Below are positions 23,199 to 30,995 of a DNA stretch of 45,369 bases, in pieces. Numbering within the stretch: the first letter of the stretch is position 1; the number at the start of each line of letters is the position of its first letter. Source of the stretch: a virus. The stretch is from positions 1-45,369 of IMG/VR virus record IMGVR_UViG_3300033512_000238. The stretch is one strand, 5' to 3'. Both the position numbers and the translations under genes were made by a program. The notes beneath the pieces were generated by a model. That model was not told the DNA's origin. It saw nothing but the letters and a program-made list of their open reading frames with translations, and ran no database searches.

Positions 23199-23705
23199 GT
23201 GAAACATTTTGAAAAACAAATCGGCAAACATCTGTACAAGGCGGGAGCATTCCCCGCGCGGAAAGCTCTCGCGCTTAAATTGAAATTAGCCGGGCTTTTA
23301 GGGCCCGCGCTTTCGTCTCTTAAAATTGCGGACGTCGGCGGGGCGGAATCTCTCAAAGGGATTACGAGCTCGACGGGCGTCTCTCTCTCCGGGGACGAAA
23401 TGAAGGTTCTAGCGGTTATCGCCTCCGCTATCGGCGGAGCTCTCGGGAGTCTCGACGATAAAAAGTTTATGCAGATAGTCGACGAAATGATCGAACTCGT
23501 AGAAGTGGTAACGGACGAGGGGCTCGGATTTTGTAAGCTCTCCTCGGTTTTCGACTCGATTTATATGTGCGATTTGGGGGAATTGTTCCTCGTTCTCGCG
23601 GAGGTTTTCGTCTTGAATTACCCTTTTTTAGTAAAGGGCTTTTCGGGGCTCCGGGATATTACGACCCGACTTTCGGGGACGACGACGAGCTCTCTCTCAA
23701 AATAG
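23199..23705 (+). CDS. tail assembly chaperone (G-like, zero-frame product)
   Basis: Position before the tape measure gene. Contains the slippery site T_TTT_TTA, and the overlapping -1 ORF 23567..23911 extends it. Confidence 0.75.
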   Translation: MKHFEKQIGKHLYKAGAFPARKALALKLKLAGLLGPALSSLKIADVGGAESLKGITSSTGVSLSGDEMKVLAVIASAIGGALGSLDDKKFMQIVDEMIELVEVVTDEGLGFCKLSSVFDSIYMCDLGELFLVLAEVFVLNYPFLVKGFSGLRDITTRLSGTTTSSLSK

Positions 23706-23911
23706 CCCAAAAGCTACAAAAGAGACTCTCGGAGGAGATTCTCGACGAGTCTATAATTTGGGCGGCGGTCTCCTCGGGGGCCGCTACCCTTTTTGAGCTC
23801 GAAACCTCGATGAGCCTCGACGACCTCGAGCGCCTCCTCGCGTACAAATCATACGAGGCGGACGTCCGGGAGGAGTTCAAAAAGGCAAAGGAAAAAACAC
23901 AAAATGAGTAA
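23199..23911 (+). CDS. tail assembly chaperone, -1 frameshift fusion (GT-like)
   Basis: The zero frame reads CCT TTT TTA at 23622-23630. A -1 slip joins ...VLNYPFF to SKGLFGAPGYYDPTFGDDDE... (ORF 23567..23911), which ends 8 nt inside the tape measure gene. Confidence 0.7.
23624..23630 (+). promoter_or_regulatory. programmed -1 ribosomal frameshift heptamer T_TTT_TTA
   Basis: An X_XXY_YYZ heptamer in the zero frame of 23199..23705, with the canonical G/GT gene arrangement. Confidence 0.7.
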
Positions 23912-25703
23912 TATTATCGACGAATTTGTCGCGCTTGTAAAATGGAAAGTCGACGCCTCCGGGCTCGACGGAATGACAAAAACGGCAACGAACCTAAAAA
24001 ACCAACTCGTCGGAATCGGGAAAGCTCTCTCTCCTATTCCCGGGGAGCTCGCGAAAATTGCGAGCGCCGCGGCGGTTATGGCAGGGCTTAAAACGTCGAT
24101 AGACCTCGCGGCCGACGCGGAGGAAAGCCTCGCGGCATACGCGGCGGTTTTCGACACTCTCGAGGACAAAGGCGGCGGAGCTCTCCGGACCATTGCGGAC
24201 GACCTAAAACTCGCGGACTCGACGGCCTCCCGACTATTATCGGGAACCGGGGGACTTTTGCAGGGTATCGGGGCCGGGGCCGGGGAGGCTCTCGAGTTTT
24301 CAAAACAGGTGGCCCGGATAGGGGCGGACCTCGCGGCCTTTAATAACTATCAAGGGGGAACAGAGGGAGCGGCGGACGCCGTGACGAAAGCGCTCCTCGG
24401 GGAGCGTGAAAGCCTCAAAACCTTAAAGATTGCAATAAGCGAAGAGGACATAACCGCGCAAATTGCACTAAACACAAAACGCGGCATGAGATACGAAAAC
24501 GAGAAGCTCGCAAAAGCATACGCGACACTCGAGCTAATACAGGCGCGAGGAGTTAAACAAATGGGAACATACGCGAGGGAGTCGGGAGGCTATACGGCCC
24601 GGGTCCGCGCGTTTCGCGAACAGCTAAAAGCGGTCGGGGAGGTTTTCGGGGAGATTCTCCTCCCGGTACTCGTCGACATTATGAAAGCCGCGACCCCGTT
24701 TCTTATGTTTTTAAAAGAGTCTCCGGCATGGGTCCGGACCCTAATTGTCGGCGGGGCGGCTCTCGCGATAGTTCTCGGGCCTTTGATCATGGTTTTCGCT
24801 CAGTTGGCTTTCGGACTTTGGAGTCTATCGACAGCGGCGGCGGCGGCCGGGACAACTATCGGCGGCTATCTCGTCGCACAATTGCGGATAGGTATAGCGG
24901 TTCTAAGACGTTTTGCCGTCGCGGCTTGGGGGGCTTTAGTTCCTCTTTTGCCTTATATAGCGGCGGTGGCGGCTATTGTCGCGGTTATAGCTCTTTGGGG
25001 CTCCGCGCTCGCGGTCCTTATCGATGATTTCAAAGTATGGAAAGACGGCGGGTCCTCCGCTCTTGGGTCTCTTTGGGAGGGATTCGAACGGCTCAAGGCG
25101 AAAGCGCTCGAGTTTTGGGAGAATATTCGGCCGGGTCTCGTTTTCCTCGGGGGGCTTTTGCTCGCGGCCGGGAGAATTATCGGGATAGTTCTCGTCGCGG
25201 CTTGGGAATTACTTAAACAGAAAGCCGGGGAGTTTTGGGCGTTTGTTCAACCGATTCTCGAGGGGTGGGTCGGGATTTTGGCCGCGGTCGGCCGGGTCCT
25301 TTTGCCTTTGGGCCAATGGCTTTTTGACGTATTGGGCCCGGCGTTTCAATGGGTCGGGAACCTAATCGGGGAGGCTTTCGGGAGCGCACTCGATTTGCTT
25401 ACGAAAATTTGGGACTCCGCTCCGGTTCGGTTTATCCGGGACAACCTCAAAAAAATATCAGATTTCGGGTATACCGGAGAATGGAACAGCGAATCGGGAG
25501 CGGGAGCAGGGGCGGCCGCGACGTCGACCTCGACCCGTTATATGATGGCGGGGGCGGGAAACAACTCGACGTACAACGCGGGCGGCTTTCAGCTATCTTT
25601 CGGGGGGACAAATGCGAGCCCGGACGATATTCGGGCCGCGACGTCGTCGGCAATGGTCGACGGCTTTCGAATGGTGGAACGAAACAACGGGGGGAGACCT
25701 TAA
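23904..25703 (+). CDS. tape measure protein
   Basis: A 599-aa ORF after the chaperone pair, with a helical N-terminal half, several long hydrophobic stretches and Gly/Ala-rich segments. Confidence 0.85.
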   Translation: MSNIIDEFVALVKWKVDASGLDGMTKTATNLKNQLVGIGKALSPIPGELAKIASAAAVMAGLKTSIDLAADAEESLAAYAAVFDTLEDKGGGALRTIADDLKLADSTASRLLSGTGGLLQGIGAGAGEALEFSKQVARIGADLAAFNNYQGGTEGAADAVTKALLGERESLKTLKIAISEEDITAQIALNTKRGMRYENEKLAKAYATLELIQARGVKQMGTYARESGGYTARVRAFREQLKAVGEVFGEILLPVLVDIMKAATPFLMFLKESPAWVRTLIVGGAALAIVLGPLIMVFAQLAFGLWSLSTAAAAAGTTIGGYLVAQLRIGIAVLRRFAVAAWGALVPLLPYIAAVAAIVAVIALWGSALAVLIDDFKVWKDGGSSALGSLWEGFERLKAKALEFWENIRPGLVFLGGLLLAAGRIIGIVLVAAWELLKQKAGEFWAFVQPILEGWVGILAAVGRVLLPLGQWLFDVLGPAFQWVGNLIGEAFGSALDLLTKIWDSAPVRFIRDNLKKISDFGYTGEWNSESGAGAGAAATSTSTRYMMAGAGNNSTYNAGGFQLSFGGTNASPDDIRAATSSAMVDGFRMVERNNGGRP

Positions 25704-25706
25704 AAA

Positions 25707-26444
25707 ATGGATAATCCGGCAAAAATACAACCCGGCCTTATTTTTTACGACGACGACGCCGCGTTCGCGAACCCCGTATTCGCGGCGGACCTCGTTCTCT
25801 CAGAATCTCACGCGGTCGAAGTATCGGCAACGCGGAACCCGGTCGAGAAAGGCGTCGACGTTACGGACCATTTACGAGCGGATCCGCAACAATTCGCGGC
25901 CGAAATGTTCCTAACCGGGACACCTCTCGAAGGGAGCGCCGACAGGAACGCAAACGCGGCGATATATCTCGGGGGAGAACTCGGGGTCGGTATTGCGGCG
26001 GCTCAAGCGTCGAACACGCGGAGAGAATGGGAGGAACGCCTCGCGGCGGTATATTCGGACCTCGAGAGACTCGCAAGGGGAGAGGGGCCTCGCGGGGCGT
26101 CTCTTTTCAAGGTGGCAACCTCGATAAAAATCTATAAAAATATGGCACTCGTCCGGGTAGAACTCGGGAGACAGTCGTCGAGCGAACTATCGGCGAAAAT
26201 CCGGCTTTCGTTTTCAGAGGTTCGGGTCGTTGGTACAATGAGCGTCCCGGCGATGATTAACCCGGCCCCGGCAACGCCTAAACAAAAGAAAAAGAGCGAA
26301 GCGGCGCGACAGTCTCAAGAATCGCAAAACGGAGGACCGGCGGCAACTAAAAAGCCCGTCGAGTCGTGGTTAAAAGCGGGGACCGAAGGACGGGCGAACC
26401 CGGGCGAAGTGGTTCTCGGGTCATTGAAAGGGCTTTTAAATTGA
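25707..26444 (+). CDS. tail/baseplate protein following the tape measure (245 aa)
   Basis: Position. RNPVEKGVDVTDHLRADPQQF resembles the N-terminal pattern of distal-tail/baseplate proteins (from memory). Confidence 0.4.
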   Translation: MDNPAKIQPGLIFYDDDAAFANPVFAADLVLSESHAVEVSATRNPVEKGVDVTDHLRADPQQFAAEMFLTGTPLEGSADRNANAAIYLGGELGVGIAAAQASNTRREWEERLAAVYSDLERLARGEGPRGASLFKVATSIKIYKNMALVRVELGRQSSSELSAKIRLSFSEVRVVGTMSVPAMINPAPATPKQKKKSEAARQSQESQNGGPAATKKPVESWLKAGTEGRANPGEVVLGSLKGLLN

Positions 26445-26791
26445 AGAAAATAGAACAAATCCCGGTCATGAGTTCCCCGGCGTTTTCTTACGACATGAGA
26501 CTCGGGGAGGCATACGTCCGCATCCGCCTCGAGTACCTCGAAACGGTTCGCCGTTGGTTTTTGGCCATAGAGAACCCGGAGACGGGCCTCGCTTATGTGG
26601 CGGGGGTAAAAGTCGTGCCGGGCGTTTTCCTTTTGTCGGACTATTCCGCGTTATTACCGGAGGGAATGGAGGGCGATATATTCGCCGGTTCGACGGACCT
26701 CTCCGCGCTCTCGAGCGCTATCGCCGACGGCGTGACATACGAGGCGCTCACGGGCGGTAAAATCGGCCTTTTCTATGTTTGGGGCTCGTAA
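26441..26791 (+). CDS. baseplate-module protein (116 aa)
   Basis: TTG 26441 overlaps TGA 26442-26444 (TTGA). The alternative start is ATG 26468. Confidence 0.4.
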   Translation: MKKIEQIPVMSSPAFSYDMRLGEAYVRIRLEYLETVRRWFLAIENPETGLAYVAGVKVVPGVFLLSDYSALLPEGMEGDIFAGSTDLSALSSAIADGVTYEALTGGKIGLFYVWGS

Positions 26792-27660
26792 TGGGTCCGG
26801 GGCTATATTTCGACCGTTCGGCGGACGTCCAAATCTCAAAAAAAGGGGCTCCGGTCGCGTTATCTCTCGCGGGGCTCCGCCTCGAGTTCGTTGTATCTAA
26901 AAGCAAGGACGAGAACGTCGGAACCGTCAAGGTTTACAACGTATCGGAAACGACAGGGGCGAAACTATCGGCGGGCCTTTTGTTGACCGTTTCGGCGGGG
27001 TACAAAGGGCGGGAGACCGTTATTTTCTCCGGGGACATTCTCGACGTAAAAAGAGGGACACAAGGCCCGGACACAGTGACCGAAATTTCGGCCCGGACCG
27101 GGGCCTCGAGTCTCCGGTCGGGCGTTTATTCTTTTTCTTACGGTCGAGCGGTATCGGCTTTCGGAGTCCTCCGCGACCTCGGGGCCCGAATAGGGATTCC
27201 GCTCGACCTCAAAACAGCGGACCTAACCGACCGGCCTTATTCTAACGGGTGGGCCTTTACGGGGAAAGCTATCGACGCGATACGGGAGGTAGCGGAGCGC
27301 GTCGGCGGTCGCGTTGTTCAATACTCGGGGGCGTTGGTTATCGCCTCGAGAGACGAATCAGTACCGGCCTCTCTCGAGGTCGCTCTCTCCTCGAGCTCTT
27401 CGGGCCTTTTGGGCTCTCCGGTTCGCTTTATGGAGGAGGAGGAGAAAAAGGACGGCGCGACAGGCGAAAAAACGAAAAAACACGGGTGGCAGTTTTCGAA
27501 CCTTATCGACGGCCGAATCGTACACGGGGGACTTGTTCAAATAAATAGCGCGTCAATCCCGGGAGATTCGGCATTGGTTACGGTCGGGGAACTCCGGATC
27601 ACCGGGGACACTCACGGGCAAGCGTGGCAAATGGACGTGAAAGGGTACGACAAAAGATGA
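26791..27660 (+). CDS. baseplate hub protein (XkdQ / gpD-like)
   Basis: ATG 26791 overlaps the TAA (TAATG). LAGLRLEFVVSKSKDENVGTVKVYNVSETT ... VSAGYKGRETVIFSGDI is the typical hub N-terminal pattern. Confidence 0.55.
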   Translation: MGPGLYFDRSADVQISKKGAPVALSLAGLRLEFVVSKSKDENVGTVKVYNVSETTGAKLSAGLLLTVSAGYKGRETVIFSGDILDVKRGTQGPDTVTEISARTGASSLRSGVYSFSYGRAVSAFGVLRDLGARIGIPLDLKTADLTDRPYSNGWAFTGKAIDAIREVAERVGGRVVQYSGALVIASRDESVPASLEVALSSSSSGLLGSPVRFMEEEEKKDGATGEKTKKHGWQFSNLIDGRIVHGGLVQINSASIPGDSALVTVGELRITGDTHGQAWQMDVKGYDKR

Positions 27661-28166
27661 ACAGCGCGGCAGAACTATTTGAAGCTATCGAGGGAGCCGT
27701 CGAGGCGGTTATATCCCGGAAAGCGTCGGGAATACATACGGCGCTACCCGGTATCGTCGAGCGATTCGAGGCGGGCGTCGTTGACGTGAAACCGTCGGTC
27801 GCCATTATCGACGAAAACGGGGACGCGATAGAACTCCCGGTTATTGTAGGGGTACCGGTAATGTATCAAAAAAGCGGAGAGTTTTCGGTCACTTTTCCTC
27901 TCGTCCCGGGCGATACGGTTCTCCTCGTTTTTTGCGAGGCGTCAATCGAGGGATTTATCGAGACCGGGGGAGATTCGACACAAGAGGACCGGCGGCGCCA
28001 TTCCTTAACCGATGCGGTAGCTATTCCGGGCCTATACGGCGGGGAAAAGGGGAAACCCGTCTCAGATTGGAACGTCGCGGCGATTCAATACGGGAAAGCG
28101 GCGATTACTATCGACAAAGCGGGGGCCGTCGATATTAACGGCGGGGCGCTCCGGGTCACATTATGA
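27657..28166 (+). CDS. baseplate central spike (gpV / Gp138-N-like)
   Basis: ATGA overlap with the upstream ORF. LPGIVERFEAGVVDVKPS ... PGDTVLLVFCEASIEGF ... RRHSLTDAVAIPGL fits the spike OB-fold pattern. Confidence 0.55.
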   Translation: MNSAAELFEAIEGAVEAVISRKASGIHTALPGIVERFEAGVVDVKPSVAIIDENGDAIELPVIVGVPVMYQKSGEFSVTFPLVPGDTVLLVFCEASIEGFIETGGDSTQEDRRRHSLTDAVAIPGLYGGEKGKPVSDWNVAAIQYGKAAITIDKAGAVDINGGALRVTL

Positions 28167-28540
28167 ACGGGCTTTTTGCCGTTTCTCCCGGTTACGTTGT
28201 GACAATAACGCCGAACACCGCCGCCATACCGGGAGCGTTTTCGGCGTTTTCAGTTATAGAACAAAAAGCGCCGCGGCTTTCGGCCTCCGGGGCGGACGTT
28301 TTAATCGGGGCTATATCATGGACCGCGGCGGCTTGTATTTTGCCGGGAGGGGTATTGGTCCCCGGGGCCGGGAGCATAACAGCAACGGCGGCAAAAGTCA
28401 CGACGGACGGCGCGAAACCTCTCCGCGTGAACGATTCGGGAATGTGTACCGGAAGTTTCACAACACAGGCGGGGCCGGTCCCTTGTTCGTGTAGTTTGAA
28501 AATATCGGCGGCGGGACAAAACAAAGCGGGGGGAATGTGA
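28163..28540 (+). CDS. small baseplate protein, possible PAAR-like spike tip (125 aa)
   Basis: ATGA overlap with the upstream ORF. TTDGAKPLRVNDSGMCTG loosely resembles a PAAR repeat. Lies between the spike and the W-like gene. Confidence 0.3.
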   Translation: MNGLFAVSPGYVVTITPNTAAIPGAFSAFSVIEQKAPRLSASGADVLIGAISWTAAACILPGGVLVPGAGSITATAAKVTTDGAKPLRVNDSGMCTGSFTTQAGPVPCSCSLKISAAGQNKAGGM

Positions 28541-28902
28541 AGGACATAAAACTCAAGAGAACGGACGACGGCTCTTTCGACATAGACACGGACACAGGGG
28601 ACGAGATTCTCCTCGAGGGGGAGGATGCTCTCCGGCAACGTCTCGAGATTATGCTCGCGCATATTGGGGGAGAGTGGTATCTCGACACCGGAGCGGGCGG
28701 GATTTCTTTCGAGTTCCTCGGGGGTAAACTCCGGGACCTCTCAATCGCAAAACGTATTTTACGCGAAGCGATAGAGGCGGATAAAGAGGTCCTCCGGGTC
28801 TCGAGAATCGACGCGTCTCTCGACAATAAAACGCGCGTCCTATCTATTTATTTTGAATGTTCAACAATTTACGGCGATTATTCGCAAGGGGTCAAAATAT
28901 GA
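28537..28902 (+). CDS. baseplate wedge protein (gpW / gp25 / XkdS-like)
   Basis: GTGA overlap with the upstream ORF. 121 aa. GEDALRQRLEIMLAHIGGEWYLDTGAG is the typical W/gp25 pattern. Confidence 0.6.
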   Translation: MKDIKLKRTDDGSFDIDTDTGDEILLEGEDALRQRLEIMLAHIGGEWYLDTGAGGISFEFLGGKLRDLSIAKRILREAIEADKEVLRVSRIDASLDNKTRVLSIYFECSTIYGDYSQGVKI

Positions 28903-30362
28903 GTAGTTACGGAGTCTGCCCGGCCGGATTTGTCCCGAAGAGACTCCCGGTTATACGCGAAGAACTCGCGACACTATTCCGGGAAATTTGGGGAGAAGAT
29001 ACGGACACGGGCCCGAATAGCGTTATCGGTCAAGAAGTCGGGGTCCTCTCGAAACCAATCGCCGATATTTGGGAACTCGCGGCGGACGTTTACGCGGCCC
29101 GCTCACGAACGGGAGCGGAGGGCGCGAGCCTCGACGATTACGTCTCATATCGAAATATAAAAAGAGCGGGCCCGGCGAACAGTTCGGCCCGCGTCGCTCT
29201 TTTCGCGGACGGGTCCGGAGGGGTAAACGTACCAAACGGGACGACTATCCGGTCGAGAGTTACCGGGGAGGAGTTCGAACTATTGACGGCCGTTTCTATC
29301 TCCTCGCTTTTTGTAATTTCCGCGGTTTATAAAGTACCGGGGACCATTACTGCAGGGGCGGTTTACTCGTTCGAACTATCGGAAACGGACGGAACGAACG
29401 TACACACGGCAACATATACGGCGGCAACCGGAGACACTCCGGAGAAAGTCGCGGAGGTCCTCGCGGCGTCGGCTAATATTGACGACCGTTTCAAAGCAAG
29501 CGCCGAAGGCGTACTCGTTACCGTTGACATTTTCGACGAGGTTCGGGAATTTCGGTCCGGCGCCGTTGTAAATGTGACACGCGACAAAGTCGGTACGGCG
29601 GGAGATTTCGCCGCCAAAAATCCGGGGCCTATCGGCGGAGCTCCGGGGACACTTTCGGAAATAGTGACCCCCGTTTCCGGCCTCAGAAATTGTCGGAACC
29701 TTTGGGACCTTTCAATCGGTCGAGGAGCGGAAACGGACGCGGAGCTCCGGGCGCGTCTCGACGCCTCGAGAACAACGGCAACCGCGGGAACTATCGACGC
29801 CATATACGAGGCGGTTCGGGCCGTCCCGGGTATCTCTTTTGTGAACGTCCGGGAAAACGCGACAGGAATCGCGAAAGGCGGCATACCGGCGAACTCGTTC
29901 GCGGTCGTTTTTGACGGTCAAGCGGGCCTCGAGGAGGCTATCGCCGCGAAGATTTGGAGCACAAAGCCCGGCGGGATAGAATCGGCCGGAAAAATCTCGC
30001 GGACCGTATACGACAAAAGCGGGAACCCTCAAACCGTAAAAATGAGCCGTCCGGATTATCTCCCGGGGCATATTGAAATCGTGGTTACATCGTTCAACCC
30101 GGACGCCATTCCCCCCGCCGATTGGAAAGAACGAGTCGCGCGGAAAGCGGTCGAAATTGCGAGCGATTTCCCCGCCGGTTACGACGTCCCCGCGCAAGCT
30201 CTCATGGGCGCGGTTTATAGCGTCCCGGGAATCGGGACCGCGACAACTCGAGTAGGAAAAGAGACAGCGCCGGGCGTTATCGTTTGGGCCTCCGGGCTCC
30301 TCGAGGTTTTGGCTTTTGAGCGCGTCAGCTTTACTATTGAACGAACAACGGTAACGGGGTAA
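28899..30362 (+). CDS. baseplate J-like protein
   Basis: ATGA overlap with the upstream ORF. 487 aa, following the W-like gene. The N-terminal FVPKRLPVIREEL ... pattern fits baseplate J. Confidence 0.6.
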   Translation: MSSYGVCPAGFVPKRLPVIREELATLFREIWGEDTDTGPNSVIGQEVGVLSKPIADIWELAADVYAARSRTGAEGASLDDYVSYRNIKRAGPANSSARVALFADGSGGVNVPNGTTIRSRVTGEEFELLTAVSISSLFVISAVYKVPGTITAGAVYSFELSETDGTNVHTATYTAATGDTPEKVAEVLAASANIDDRFKASAEGVLVTVDIFDEVREFRSGAVVNVTRDKVGTAGDFAAKNPGPIGGAPGTLSEIVTPVSGLRNCRNLWDLSIGRGAETDAELRARLDASRTTATAGTIDAIYEAVRAVPGISFVNVRENATGIAKGGIPANSFAVVFDGQAGLEEAIAAKIWSTKPGGIESAGKISRTVYDKSGNPQTVKMSRPDYLPGHIEIVVTSFNPDAIPPADWKERVARKAVEIASDFPAGYDVPAQALMGAVYSVPGIGTATTRVGKETAPGVIVWASGLLEVLAFERVSFTIERTTVTG

Positions 30363-30365
30363 TAT

Positions 30366-30995
30366 ATGGCACAAATAACGGTGACGGGCTCGCGTTGGTG
30401 GCTCGATTACGCCTCGTGGGTCGTCGCGTCTCACGGGATAGGAACGGGGAGGGCGGGACAATGGAATCGGGCGCTATCGGTCGGGGACATGGACGAAACT
30501 TTCGCAATTTTTGATTTTGAAGCGGCCGGAGTAACTCCGGGGACTTCATACTCCCCGGGGGCCTCGTTTCTCCGGGTAAGCATGACGGGTAGCGGGGTAA
30601 ACATGACTGCGCCGCTTAAAGTAATGAGGCAAAATAGGACAATGCGGTCTTTATGGAATCAACCCGTTTGGGGAGCAAGGGACCCGCGTCTCGACGATTT
30701 CCCGCCCGTTACCGAATTTTGGTCCGAACAGCTCGCAATATCTGAGTTAGTAAATGCAAACACGGCGGGGGCGAATATCGACTTTTTCCTCGGGGGTAAC
30801 CCACAGTTAAAATCGGCGGTTGACAAATGGATTTCGAAGGAGTGGAACCCGCTAGACGGTATAGTCCTCGCGGCTAACTTCGCACACTCTTCCACATACC
30901 TCGAAATAACGGAAGTAAAATTTTTCTTCAATACAACAGGAGGAGGCCCGGACGGGGCTATTCTCTCAGACTATCAACAACGGAGACACAGATAA
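30366..30995 (+). CDS. baseplate / fibre-attachment protein (209 aa)
   Basis: Assigned by position between the J-like gene and the large fibre gene. No family recognised. Confidence 0.4.
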   Translation: MAQITVTGSRWWLDYASWVVASHGIGTGRAGQWNRALSVGDMDETFAIFDFEAAGVTPGTSYSPGASFLRVSMTGSGVNMTAPLKVMRQNRTMRSLWNQPVWGARDPRLDDFPPVTEFWSEQLAISELVNANTAGANIDFFLGGNPQLKSAVDKWISKEWNPLDGIVLAANFAHSSTYLEITEVKFFFNTTGGGPDGAILSDYQQRRHR

